A stretch of 64,000 bases of DNA from Takakia lepidozioides (GCA_030704615.1 CM060731.1:83142001-83206000), one strand, 5' to 3'; positions 50,346-62,249 are shown, counted from the first letter of the stretch. Numbers and translations are program-made. Notes: a model not told the origin generated them from the sequence alone.

Positions 50346-50361
50346 CTCGAGAGAGATGAGC
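50346..50361 (+). promoter_or_regulatory. Putative self-priming primer-binding site
   Basis: ACTCGAGAGAGATGAGC (50345-50361) is the exact reverse complement of 50139-50155 inside A1. There is no TGG tRNA-type PBS. Confidence 0.7.
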
Positions 50362-52441
50362 TCTTACCTGTGAGTGCAAGGTAGGAGTTGAGGGTTAGCA
50401 CTTGTATGATTACCTGTGTGAGAGTAGTGCTTAGTTTAAGAAGCTTTAAAATATATATATATATATATATATGCAGGTTTCGATCAGCGTTGGTTCTGGC
50501 ATAAGGCCGCCGGGCAGGACGGAGCTACACTGCATGGAAGCAGCCTTCGTTTTGGTCAGTGAGGAGATATCATGGTGGAGCAGCAGGATGATGCGCAAAT
50601 GTAAGGAAAACTGTGTCTGTTGGTAGCTGCTGACAACCGCAACTCTGTCCCTGGACTTCTTCTCCGGAGGTGGAAGCCTGTGTGCAGCGTGCATGCAAGA
50701 GTGTGGTTGTGACAGGGGAACAAGCGCTTGCGGTTGCATTACTACTGCAAGTTGGGCACTCGGTGCGTCGCTATAACTGCAATTGTACAGGAGCACTGTG
50801 AGAGGCAGATTGTTCTGCAGCCTTGCTATACCTGGTCAGTCCAATGGTGACACATCCATACCTTGTTAAAGCAATATGGACAGTTGTCGATGAGGACGGC
50901 TCTATGAAGGACACTGCGAGCTAAGAAGGGCTCGGGTACAAAAGCACACACTGGAGCGTTTAAGCAAGTTAGGGCGGGAAAAAGAAAAACAGGCCCAAAT
51001 AGCCAAGCACATGAAGTAGTGAATGTTGATGGAAGAAACCTGTGACACTCCCATTTTGCTGGAGGAGATCGTTGATTAATTGATGTCCCCGGAGCTTCAG
51101 GTGCAGGCCCTACAATCGCTGGCTAACAAGACTGATTTACAAGCAAAACCTGCAGGGCAATCTGCCGAGAGCCTCATCTGCTTCTCGGAGGGGTTTCCGT
51201 AAATGCCCAGCTTGTGCCCTGCCTGGGCAATAGGGGGAATCCCGCCTTCAGAACTTGGCTTTGGTGTACCAGAGAACTCTGCAACCTTTGGCGTTCCTTC
51301 TTTCCCAGGCCCTTGTGCCGACCTTCTCCAATGTGTCCTTGTCTCTCTCACCATCTGCTGCCTCGGAAAGCTCGCAGTGGAGACCTGCTTGCGGGCTGTT
51401 TTCTGGATTTAGAGTGGGTTTGAAGTATAGAAAAGAACTTGGAGATTACAGTGGGCAGGTCGCAGCCGGTGCGTCCTTGACGTGGAAGGCCACAACGGAG
51501 AGGAATGTGGTAGCCAGGGCTGCTGGAGATGCCCCAGAGTCAGAGGTCGAGATTGTTCCTGAGGTCACCATCCCAGCCATAGTTTCCCTCAAGTCAAAAG
51601 CATAATTGTTAAAGAAGAAGGCTAAACGATTGGAGCTTCGAAGGAAGAGGCTGGTGCGCAAGCGCAAGTTAAGGAAGAAAGGCCAATGGCCTCCTTCCAA
51701 AATGGCCAAAATCAAGAATGTATAGGGCCTCAGGAGGGTTCAAGGATAAGAAGAAAAGAAAGTTATCACGTCTGCGGGAGGTCCAACAGGTCCAAGGAGC
51801 ACACGTACAACACCACAGTAGAACCACAGACATCAAAAAAAAAAGCAGCTCAATTCTCAAACTTCACACACAACAGGTGTCGCAATCAACGGCCAAGCTC
51901 TTGTATGCTCTGCTCTGCTCCTGTTGTGCTGAATGTTGGTGAAGTGAAGCTGTGGTTCCGATGTGGCAGATGTGTTGTGCAAGTCCAGCAACCATCCACG
52001 AATCGTTCGATTGCAGGCCGCCTGTCCATAAGCCATGAGGGTGTTGCGCAGTGCATCTCTTGATCTGCTCTTGAAATCGCCCCTACCTGGACGAACTACC
52101 TGGACGTGTTGGGAACTCGTAGGTGACTTGGGAGCAGTTATAATGACAAAAGCGTTTTGGTGTTAAAAAAAAAAAAAACAAAGCCTTTTTGATCTAATTT
52201 AAATGTTTAAAGAGCCTGGTTGGTCATATCTTTGTCAAATGAGCTCCGTTTGACTCAGTTTTTGAGGGGATAGCTGCAGAAAGGGGAAATCTACCTATCT
52301 AGACCTGGTTTCTGTTTTTGGGACTCTGCTAAAAATCTATGGAATTTTTAGAGTGTGAGTGTGCCATGAAAGATCCACAATCCTGTCTCTAGAACCTGTG
52401 CTGGTCTATATTAGAGACAAATCTGTGGATGTACTCCTTGT

Positions 52442-53191
52442 ATGGCTGGGGGAAATGAGGACGTCGTTGAAGGGCAGGTCTCTTCTCTTAGCCTGTGTAC
52501 CAAAGGGGACAAGATTTATGTTTCCCAAGGAACTCAGACTGATTTGAGTGGAGAACAGTTGGACGAGTTGATTGCATATTGGGAGTCAGGCATTAGCAGT
52601 AGACAACAGACTGCTGTAGTTGGCATTGAGGGCCTCAATATCGCCTTGGACAGTCAGAACTCTGTTGGAGCCAGCAGTTCTGCAGCTGTAGGTGAAATAC
52701 CAAAGTGGGTGGAAGCTAGGCTTGGAACACAGCCAAAGACAGCCCCGGGGACCAAGGTGTTCAGCCACAAGGCCGTGGTGTACTGGAGCAGAGGAGCAGG
52801 AGCTACACAAGTTTGTGCAATCAGACATGGTTGCAGCCGGATACGCTCTGCACAGGGCAACCACGAGCGGGGGTTCATCAGCAATGACATGTTTGTTGTG
52901 CGTGAAGGAGATGCAGTCATTCGCAATGAGGACACCCGCAACCGTCTCAAAGCTTTCGAGTTGAGAGACTATCAGACCCTACCTTTGTTTTCTTTAGTGT
53001 TCAGTGAGCGGGAGATAGGGGAGTATTGCTTTGTCTCTACCTGGCAGAAAGAGGAGGAGGGTTGGTTAGAGCGAGCTACTGTAGCTTGGGACAAGGTTAG
53101 TGGCAGGTTTCTGGACATAGATATACCTCCTACACCTTACCATCATGCAGAGCGAGGCACTTTGAGAGAAGTCTGGAAGTTGATAGCATAG
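52442..53191 (+). CDS. Extra upstream ORF of retroelement (249 aa, unknown function), copy B
   Basis: Intact and conserved with copy A. Confidence 0.75.
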   Translation: MAGGNEDVVEGQVSSLSLCTKGDKIYVSQGTQTDLSGEQLDELIAYWESGISSRQQTAVVGIEGLNIALDSQNSVGASSSAAVGEIPKWVEARLGTQPKTAPGTKVFSHKAVVYWSRGAGATQVCAIRHGCSRIRSAQGNHERGFISNDMFVVREGDAVIRNEDTRNRLKAFELRDYQTLPLFSLVFSEREIGEYCFVSTWQKEEEGWLERATVAWDKVSGRFLDIDIPPTPYHHAERGTLREVWKLIA

Positions 53192-53709
53192 ATCAGGGTT
53201 AGATCTTGCTTGGGCGGGCTTCTATTCTTCCCCTCCATCTCTGTACTATTTTCATTACCTTGTACTTGTAGTTGCCAAAGCCTCTCTTGGTGGAGGCCAG
53301 TCAGTCCGGGGTTTTGGGCTGGGATATTCTGCAGGATCAGCGTTGCTGCTGGATTTTGGTGTGGGGTGTTGATGTTTTGATTTCTTGTGTTTGGATCCCC
53401 CCCAACACCTGCATGCTTGACTGTGCGCCATGTTGGTTTTGTGTGGGCGCTTGCTTTCATAGGGATTAGGCCGGATTTGATCACCGGTCAATCCTAGAGT
53501 ATGCTGTCGGTGGTGAGGCTGGAGTGATGACCAGCAAGACCACCAGTGTTTCTTCTATGGTGAGGCTGGGTTGATGACCAGCCAACCATAGGAGTTCTTG
53601 CGGTGGATGCAGGTGCAGGTGCCCTGAGCCATTGGGATATGACCCTTAGACTGCAACAGGTGCCCACCCGTGTCACTATTAGATTAGTACTAGAGCCTTA
53701 TAGTGTCAC

Positions 53710-56700
53710 GTGGAGGAGGTGCACATTGTGAGTGTCATTACGGAGTTACCCAAGGGTTTTGAGGGGAGTACGGCTACAAGCAGTGACAGTGAGAGTGGGT
53801 TCACAAGACGAGGTATTCGGTTCAGACCACCTTCACCGCCACCTTCAACTATTGTAGCGTCAGACACAGACTCGGAGGCTTCATCAACAGGTGTGCACTT
53901 TCATTCGCCATTGTTGTGGGACGACATGGAGGAGATGTATGGAGCTACCAAGGGGCCTCGTAGGTACTCTGGAGCTGTGGGCACAATCGAGTTGGATGAC
54001 TTTATCCAGGAGTTCGACAGCTGGTGTGATTTGCAGCAGATGCGCAATCCACAGCTATTCACCCCATTCATGGCGTGGAAGGGACTGTTCCAGCATTTGG
54101 AAGGCCCGCCTATGGACGATTACCACGAGTTCAGGCGAGGACATGAAGCAGAGATTGAGGAGTGGAGGATGTATTGGTCACCTGACTACGTCTCCATTAC
54201 TCGAGGCACGACGCGACCAGTAGCTGCATCAGTACCAATAGCTCCCACTGCCAGCACTAGTAGTGGAGCAAGTAGTGCTGGTACTTCTGAAGGTGGTACC
54301 AGTTCAAAAAGTGCTTCTCCTGCCACGACTACAACACATTGCCAAGATTCAACCCGGTGGTGGAGTTCTTCCAGGAGTTGCGGAGGAACTACCAAGGTGT
54401 ACGGACAGAGAAGCTGCGAAGTTTGCAAGACTTCCAGCGCAAACCCAGTGAGAGCCTGCGAGAGGCGTACACTCGTATGAGGCGCTTGATAAGTGTGACC
54501 CAAGGGGTTACTGAAGCTCAGGCAATCCAGTTTTGGTATGGAATTCTGGACAAGGAGCTCAAGAGAAGGGTGCGAGATGCAACCCTGTTACAAGCAGCCC
54601 AACCCACATTAGCAGATGTGTTTCTGCTGGCTGAGCGGATTGAGCTCAACATGGTGGAGGAGCGAGTTGTTACAATTGGATTTGGTAAGGACATGCCTGT
54701 ACGGGGCACAGCTGTCAGCCCACAAGCACAAGGGACTGCCCAACAGCGTGGTCAGGGGGGCAAGGTTGCCCAGCCCAAGTTCCATGGAGCTTACAGGGGA
54801 CCTCAGGTGCAGAGGCCCGTGGCATCTTTTGCAGGCCAACAGCAACCAGGGGTGATATGTTGGACATGTGGAGGACCCCATGTCAAGAGAGATTGCCCAG
54901 AGAGTGGCAGAAGGCCGGCACAAGCACAGCCTGCACAGTTGCAGTGTGGGCATTGTGGCAAGTATGGGCATGGAGATGCCCAGTGTTATGACTTGCATCC
55001 TGAGTTGCGCCCAGGCCAGTTCCAAGGGAACAATGGTGGCCGGGGGCGAGGTGGACCAGCCCAAAGAGGACGAGGTGGTCGGGCACGAGGTGCAGGCCAA
55101 GGGCAACCTCCACATGGCCAAGGACGCGGAGGTCAGGGTGTTGACCAAGGCATGGCCAATCGGCTTCAGCAGCTAGAGCAGAGGCTCGCTGCCATGGCTA
55201 TAGCTCAGGCGGTACCGGCTCCCAGGCGGGATGGTCCACCTCCTGCTCCTGAGGGAGGAGATATGGGAGGCATGGGATTCATGTGCGGAGCAGCACTACC
55301 ACTAGAGCAGGTGGAGTCTGCTGCAGCCGTGACTCGAGGAGCAGCACGAGTTCCTGAGCCACGAGGTGCAGAGGTGGAGTTGGATCCACAACGTGGGGAG
55401 GCAAGCCGTCAGGCGAGGCTGCCTCAGTCATTCACCTTGGCGGAGACAGTGTCAACGCCATCCATGGCACCTAGTTCTCGCCCGACTGTTACCGAGGCGG
55501 AGGTTACTATGCCATTGGGGAGAGCTACACGTGCAGCACTGACACCTGCTACCAAGGCTAGTGCAGCCGGTGTGTTATTGGGGGCAGCCACCTCTGTGTG
55601 TCAAGCCCCCTGTTCTCGGCGAACCATGATTGCGACGCCGGGAGTGAGACCAGCTGCAGTGTTCAGACTAGCAGCAACACTCTGCGAGAGTGGAGAGGTC
55701 ACTTCATCTTCTGCGGAGTTAGTGGAAGGTGTAGTGGCAGAGGGATCCTCGGATTTGAGGGTCAAGACTGCCACGGCAGCGCCCTGGCAAGCTGCAGCTG
55801 CCAGATTGACGGAGCTGCCAGCTAGGCCAGCCTTTGAGCGCGCCATGGTGACACCTGGAGTTGTCTTGTTAGACAACCAGGGAGGCATTTTCACTTTGAG
55901 TGGACCGGCAGGCAAGAAGTACCGGCCACTGCGGGTCTTGTTGGACTCAGGAGCTCAGCCACTGATGTTGGGCAGAGCTGCTATTGCAGGTTTGGGCCTC
56001 ATGGAGGCGGATATGGAGCCTTGTCCTTTCCAGATACAGACATCTCTGGGAGGATCAGAGCAGGCTCGCGGCATGACACGGCATCAGTTGGCTATTAGAC
56101 TGCAGCCGGATCATCCTGTAGATGGCTCAGTGATGCGAGCCAAGGCCATTGTGACAGACGCGGTCTCTTACGATGTCCTCGTTGGTGGGGCAGTGTTATA
56201 CCCCATGGGCTTCACCCTGGATTTCTGGGAGGAGTCAGCATCCTACAGGCCTGGATGGCAGTCAGGGGATGGTCGCCGTGCACAGCTCCCTGTGACATTC
56301 ATTGGGGGTATTGCAGCTGCTCAGCGGGGCAAGATGCCAACACTAGCCGCCTTCACAGCTGCAGTCAGCTGGCCTGGAGAGTTGCTGGAAGGCAATGCCC
56401 ATGCAGAGGATGTGCCACCTCCAGCAGAGCAGGATGACATGCATGGTACGGCGGAGTTGCCTGCCATGGTTGCTCACACTCCGTTGTGGGGTACGAGCAA
56501 GGATTTGCAGCACGCTGCTGATGGACGGGTGCAACAAGCTTGGGTAGAAGCTTTTGTACCGTCAGGAGAGGAGGAGAGTGCGGTGATTGTACCAGGGCCA
56601 CCTCAGTTGTCGCCATTGGACACCACACCTCTTGTGTGGCAGCGACCGGATGAAGGCATATGCCTTCTGGACTTATTTGGCGGGATCAGCACTGGATTGG

Positions 56701-57904
56701 CTGCAGTGCTGCAGGCAGGTGTACGAGTTCGACGTTACCTGTATGTGGAGAGGGATGAGACTGCACGACGCGTCTCACTGCGCCATGTTGCTCAGATGGT
56801 GCAGCAGCACCCTGAGTTGTTGCCGGTGTCTGCAGTTCGTGGATATCAACAAGCCTTGCCAGCAGACATTGCGTTGCTGGGGGCGCAGGATTTGGAGCGG
56901 TTGGCTCCATTGATCTGGTAGTGGCAGGTTGGCCCTGCCAAGGGCATTCATCAGCCGGGCATGGCAATGGATTGCGAGACTCGAGGACGGGTCTGTTTTG
57001 GGAGATGGTGCGGATTTTGCGCCACTTGCAGCTTCATCAAGCTGTATCTCCGGCATACATCTTGGAGAATGTGCCACTGATGGGTGATTCTCGGGCCAGG
57101 GTGATGGCCAGTGTGCATCAAGTCCGGTCGTGGCTTGGGTCAGCAGTATTGCTGGATGCAGCTGCAGTGGGGTCACGGGCTCATCGTCCACGACTATGGT
57201 GGACTAACTTGATGCCACCCGCACTGCTCAAGCGTGCATTTGATGGGGTGCAGCGGCCAGCACACCTCACCGTGGATGGCATTTTGGACACAGGAAGGCA
57301 GTCTCAACGTGTGAGACACGATGACCGTTCGCCTTTGGCAGTGGTCAACAGGGTGGGTCAACCACGAGCAGCATTACCTACACTGCTCAGCTTCCCAGGA
57401 TCCCATGCTTTTCGGGATGGTGGACCTGGCCTCCTGTGGGATGCTCAGTTGCAGCAGTTAGTGGAGCCTAATGCCGACGAGCGAGAGCGGGCTATGGGGT
57501 TTTCCACTGGGACCACGGCGGTGCCTTCTCTTTCTGAGGCATCACGTCGTCAGGTGTTGGGGCAAGCAATGGATCTCAATTGCTTGACCTGGATTGTCAG
57601 CTTGGCTATGGCTGAGCAACGTAGAGTGCGGAGTGCACTTCCCTTGATGGTCTCTCTGCCTACCGAGACGGTACAGGCAGCGAGTGGGGGCGAGCCGGTG
57701 AGGACCACGAGGTGTAGACATCCATGGCACATGTGGGAGGTGCTCGAGGTTCAGAGGGAGTTGGCAGCGAAGGCAGCTGTGATGGATGAGGTTGGGGATT
57801 CTTCTCGGGATGAGGAGGTTCTCAATGATGAGATGATGGGGCAGGATGAGGCCTTGTCATTGACTGAGCAGGAAGGGGGTACTGCTCAAGAGGTTGCAGC
57901 ATAG
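53710..57904 (+). CDS. gag-protease-DNMT3-like C5 methyltransferase polyprotein (copy B; two small frameshifts)
   Basis: ORFs 53710-54480, 54339-56921 and 56921-57904. MTase domain ~56655-57610 carries motifs I, IV (PCQ), VI (ENV), VIII (RxR), IX (ERAMGF) and X (LGQAM). Confidence 0.9.
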
Positions 57905-60900
57905 CAACCACGGGACGCGTCCTCTACCTCTAAGCCCACTGGACTTAAGGTTGCAGTTACGGAGGACAATTGGGAGCCTGATTTGGACCCATTGTCACCG
58001 GAGGAGAGAGACGACGTATACGGCGGTTCCTGAGGGCTTACAGGAATTGCTTTGCCTTCAGTTTGAAGGACTTGGGAGCACTGAAGGGTCAAGAGATCCG
58101 TATTGAGTTGGCCACTGACACGCCAATCTTTCGGAGACCCTATAGATACAGTGACATGGAGAGGTCTTTGATTCAGATGAGGACTCAAGATCTCTGGGAG
58201 GCAGGTTTGGTGGAGCTCTCTGGTGGAGAGTATGCTTCAGCCACAGTGATGCCAGCTAAGAAGGATGTCTATGGCAATTGGACGGAGAGACGTATGTGCG
58301 GTGATTACCGGCCTGTAAATCGTCAGACCAAGTCCGATAGGTATGCCATGCCAACACCAGAGGAGATCTTTGATGCCATTGGGCATTCCAAGGTCTTTAG
58401 CACGTTGGATTTACGATCCGGATATCACCAGTTGCCGATCAAGGAGGCGGATAAGCAAAAGACGGCATTCTGGGGGATCAATGAGCACGGGAAGGATTGC
58501 CTATACCAGTGGCGGTTCTTACCATTTGGGCTTAAAAACGCTCCCGCTGAGTTTCAAAGAGTCATGGACAGGATTCTAGCAGGGGTGGAGTTTGCTCGGT
58601 GCTACATAGATGACATCATCATCTTTAGTGCTACGGTGGAGGAGCATGAGAGACACCTTCAGGGGGTATTTGAGCGCTTGAGGACGCACGGATTGAAGTT
58701 ACATCCGGGCAAGTGCAAGTTTTTCCACAACCAGATTGAGTATCTGGGGTCACATGATATATCCTGGAGGATTGGGGGTACAGCAGACTAAGGTAGAGTC
58801 CATTGCACAGGTTCCACGCCCCACGGATGTGAGCCGAGTTCGAGCTTTCATGGGGTTAGCAAACTATTACAGACGGTTTGTTAAGGGATTTAGTGCCATT
58901 GCAAAGGCTCTAACCAAGCTGACCAAGGTGGACCAGGAGAGTGGCAGTGGGAAGATGAGCAAGAACAAGCTTTTCAAGAGCTCAAGGCGAGGTTGACCTC
59001 GGCGCCCATCTTGAGACGACCTATCAGGGGGCGTCCTTTTCAGCTGCATACAGATTGGAGCATGCTGGGGCTTGGAGCGGTGCTCACACAGGTGGATGAT
59101 GAGGGAAGAGAGTTCGTAGTGGCTTATGCTAGCCGCTCGAACAATGCTGCAGAGTCTAAGTATAGCTCATATGAGGGAGAATGCTTAGCTGCAGTGTGGG
59201 CCGTGGCACACTTCAGGTGCTATTATACGGCAATCTCTTCACCCTTGTCACGGATCACCAACCACTCAAGTGGTTGATGGAGTCAGACAAGCTTACGGGG
59301 AAGCTTGCACGGTGGGCACTCATCCTTCAAGAGTATGACTTTCAGGTGGTGCATCGACCGGGTTTGGTCAATCGAAATGCAGATGGGTTGAGTCGCAATC
59401 CATGCACGAGCCAGCAGGATGACACTGGAGCTCGGTGGCATGGTGAGACGGACGAGGAGATGGTGCCCGGATGGCATGCATCTGCATTTCTGTGTATCTT
59501 GGCAGCGGAAGGCCAGGTTGGACCTACAACAGGGATGACTGTAGATCAAGTGTCTGAGGACCCTGAGGCCAGCAATGAGCAGGGTGGCGCCAAAGATATA
59601 CATGAGGATTCAGTTGTGTTGGACTACCTCCGCAGTGGAGACACGGCAGCCACTATGACTGCCAAGGAGAGGGATCGGATCCTACAACGAGCCAAGAGGT
59701 TCAGGTGGGAGGGGACACACCTGCTCCGAGTGTGGGAGGATGGTCGAGTGAGGATTGTGCCTCACCCAACACAGCGGGCACGGTTAGTGCGGCATGCCCA
59801 TGAGGAGTTGGGGCATTTTGGGGTGCGACGCACTCATAGTCTACTGCAGGGGCAGTATTGGTGGCGTGGTATGCACACAGAGGTACAATATTTGTGGCTA
59901 GGTGCATGGTGTGTGACAGGGTGCGTGCTTCATTCAACGCCCCTACTCCACAATTGCACCCTCTTCCGATCATGGGATTGGGCTACAGGTGGAGTCTTGA
60001 CTTCGCAGGGCCGTTGCCACTGACCATGCGCCACAACAAGTACGTGTTGGTGATGGTGGAGCACTTCTCCAAGTGGATTGAATTGGTTCCATTGCCTGAT
60101 AAGGCTAGTGAGGGAGCTGCGTATGCATTCCTGGATTGTGTGCTTAGCCGATTCGGTGCTCCAGCTGAGGTACTCACGGACCAAGGGAGAGAGTTCTTGG
60201 GGGAGTTTCAGGCTTTGTGTGACAAGGCCTTGATAGACCACCGCACCACTTCTCGGGATCATCCTGAAGCCGATGGCTTGGCAGAGAGAGTTGTTCAGAC
60301 AGTAAAGAGGGGTTTGCGCAAGTATGGCTTGCAGAAGGGACACCTAGGAGATTGGGACCTTCAGTTACCCTGGTTAGCCATGGGCTACAGGTTCAGCAAG
60401 CAAGCATCACTTGCCTCCTTCTCACCATACTTTCTTCTCTTTGGCCGAGAGCCGGATTTGCCTACATCCATTCGCAGAGAAGCTGCTACAGTTCTTAACC
60501 TTGACGATCCGGACGTGTGGGCACGTGCATGTGAGCAGCGTGCAGAGTTGTTCAAGAGAGTCATGCCTATGGCTTTCGAGAACCTTGCCATTGCACAACA
60601 CCGTGATACGTTGAGGTATGCTACCATACGTGGTGGGGGCTATCGTCCTGGGGTTCGGAGATTCAACCCTGGTGACTATGTCTATCTGCAGCAGACTGCT
60701 CCTACGACCCTGGATGTGACTGCAGGACGTGTTATTTGAGGGTTCGAGAGGTCTTGCCCTCAGGCGTCTTGGTCTTGGAGGGTCGGGATGGCAATTGGAA
60801 GGACCATGTGCGTAATTGTGCGCCATGTCACCTTCCGAATGTCGATGGCAGGATTGACCCAAACCTGGCAGTGGTATCTGCAGGTTTGAGGTGCATGTTG

Positions 60901-61037
60901 TGTGGGTCTGCTAAAGGGGCAGCCACCATGCTGGTGTGTGTGATCGGTGCTCTAGAGGTTGGCATATGGGATGCTTGACTCCACCTCTTGAGATGGTTCC
61001 GGATGGGGATTGGTTATGTCCACATTGCATTGGATAG
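57905..61037 (+). CDS. pol: RT, RNase H, DDE integrase, PHD finger (copy B; several small frameshifts)
   Basis: Same motifs as copy A. The indels fall at different positions in the two copies, so a consensus is open. Confidence 0.9.
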
Positions 61038-61290
61038 TGGGGAGTGGATACAACCATGGGAGGCTAACAAGAAACGCAAGGCCCAGCTACTAGGAGACCT
61101 TGAACACACGAGTCCTGGCTCAAGTTCACAGATTGCAAGACGGCGACTAACGATGGGGCTACTCTTGTACCCGGCCTCTTGGTTGATAGAGTTTGAGTAC
61201 GATAGGGACAGTGATAGAGGACTTAGTACGGCTGTGGCTATTACTTACATCTTGTAGCTATCTGGAGGTAGGGGGACCTATCCACCAGCT

Positions 61291-61300
61291 AGGGGGGCGA
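61291..61300 (+). promoter_or_regulatory. Polypurine tract
   Basis: AGGGGGGCGA immediately precedes segment B in both copies. Confidence 0.75.
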
Positions 61301-61829
61301 TTGTGCAGACTACTTTATTGTGCATATATGTGTGGTGTGGTTTGGACAGCGATGTAGTTGTAGTTGTGTAGCGATATGTATGCGCACGACAGCTGTCAAG
61401 TTAAATAAGCACAGTGTGAAAAAGCTAGAATAAAACTAGTTATTTGTATTTAACACTTGGATTTAGGTCAAGTGTTAAATCAGGTGTCAAGTTTAGTTTG
61501 ACACCTGGTTGTCTTATCTTCACGAGAGCGGCAGTCGCGCGGCTCATCTCTCTCGAGTTGAGCCTGCGCGACCGAGCTCCTGCATTGTTGAGATCTGAGT
61601 GTGCTTATGATGGGAGTGTAGGTTGTTGTGGGGTGGAGTCCCCATAGCTTGGGGTGCCCCTGGCTCGACTTCTATTTTAAAGAGTGATCTTGCGGGATTT
61701 CATATTCTTGTGTGAGAGTGTGTCCTTTACTAGTTTGTTATCATTGTGCTAGACTACTTTATTGTGCATATATGTGTGGTGTGGTTTGGACAGCGATGTA
61801 GTTGTGTAGCGATATGTATGCGCACGACA
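61301..61829 (+). repeat. 3' terminal structure B1 (61301-61391) - GC - A2 (61394-61743) - B2 (61744-61829)
   Basis: Read directly from the sequence. The B1/A2 junction is the palindrome GACAGCTGTC (61388-61397). The A2/B2 junction is TTATCA|TTGTG. Confidence 0.92.
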
Positions 61830-62249
61830 CTTACTACCAAACGTTTAGCCCCTCTGCACTGGCTGACAGAGGTAGGATCTTGTCCCTTTGTTCCCCAAGA
61901 GAGGGGGCACAAAGAAAAACAGAGGAATAGGGGGGGTGAGTGCTACGCAAGCAGCCCAGCTGCTCAGTCAACCCCCCCCCCACCCCCCACCCCCCAACAC
62001 CTTCTTTTCTTTCTTTGTTGCCCCCTTTGATGTACTACCTATCTATACCTCTCTCTCCCTCTGGACACGGGCTTATGGAATTGTTGTCCAGACCTTCCAT
62101 CCTGAGGAAAAAGGCAAAAAAACAAGTGCAAAAATTGGGTTTGCAGGGAATTTTGGATAATTTTTATCCCAAATTTTTATTTTTTATTTTTTAGTGAAAT
62201 ATTTCTTCACTAAAAAACTTATGAGTTGAAAAACTCCCGTCAGTTTCTA

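Larger units (their letters stand above)
49989..61829 (+). mobile_element. Ty3/Gypsy-type retrotransposon with DNMT3-like domain, copy B (split-LTR form A...B-gc-A-B)
   Basis: TGTCAAG...CACGACA ends. TSD CTTA at 49985-49988 and 61830-61833, confirmed by the empty paralogous site at ~49410. Confidence 0.95.

Noticed and set aside
54300-54345. Programmed frameshift within gag (and other frame breaks in pol)
   Set aside because: The small indels are at different positions in the two copies and the consensus is open. They are decay or sequencing errors.
49989-61829. DIRS/PAT/Ngaro tyrosine-recombinase retroelement
   Set aside because: Despite the split repeats, it has an aspartic protease, an HHCC-DDE integrase, TG...CA ends and 4-bp TSDs. 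No recombinase motif is seen.
61394-61829. A2+B2 as a conventional 3' LTR or separate solo LTR
   Set aside because: The 5' end lacks B, the PPT precedes B1 rather than A2, and there is no TSD around A2-B2 alone.
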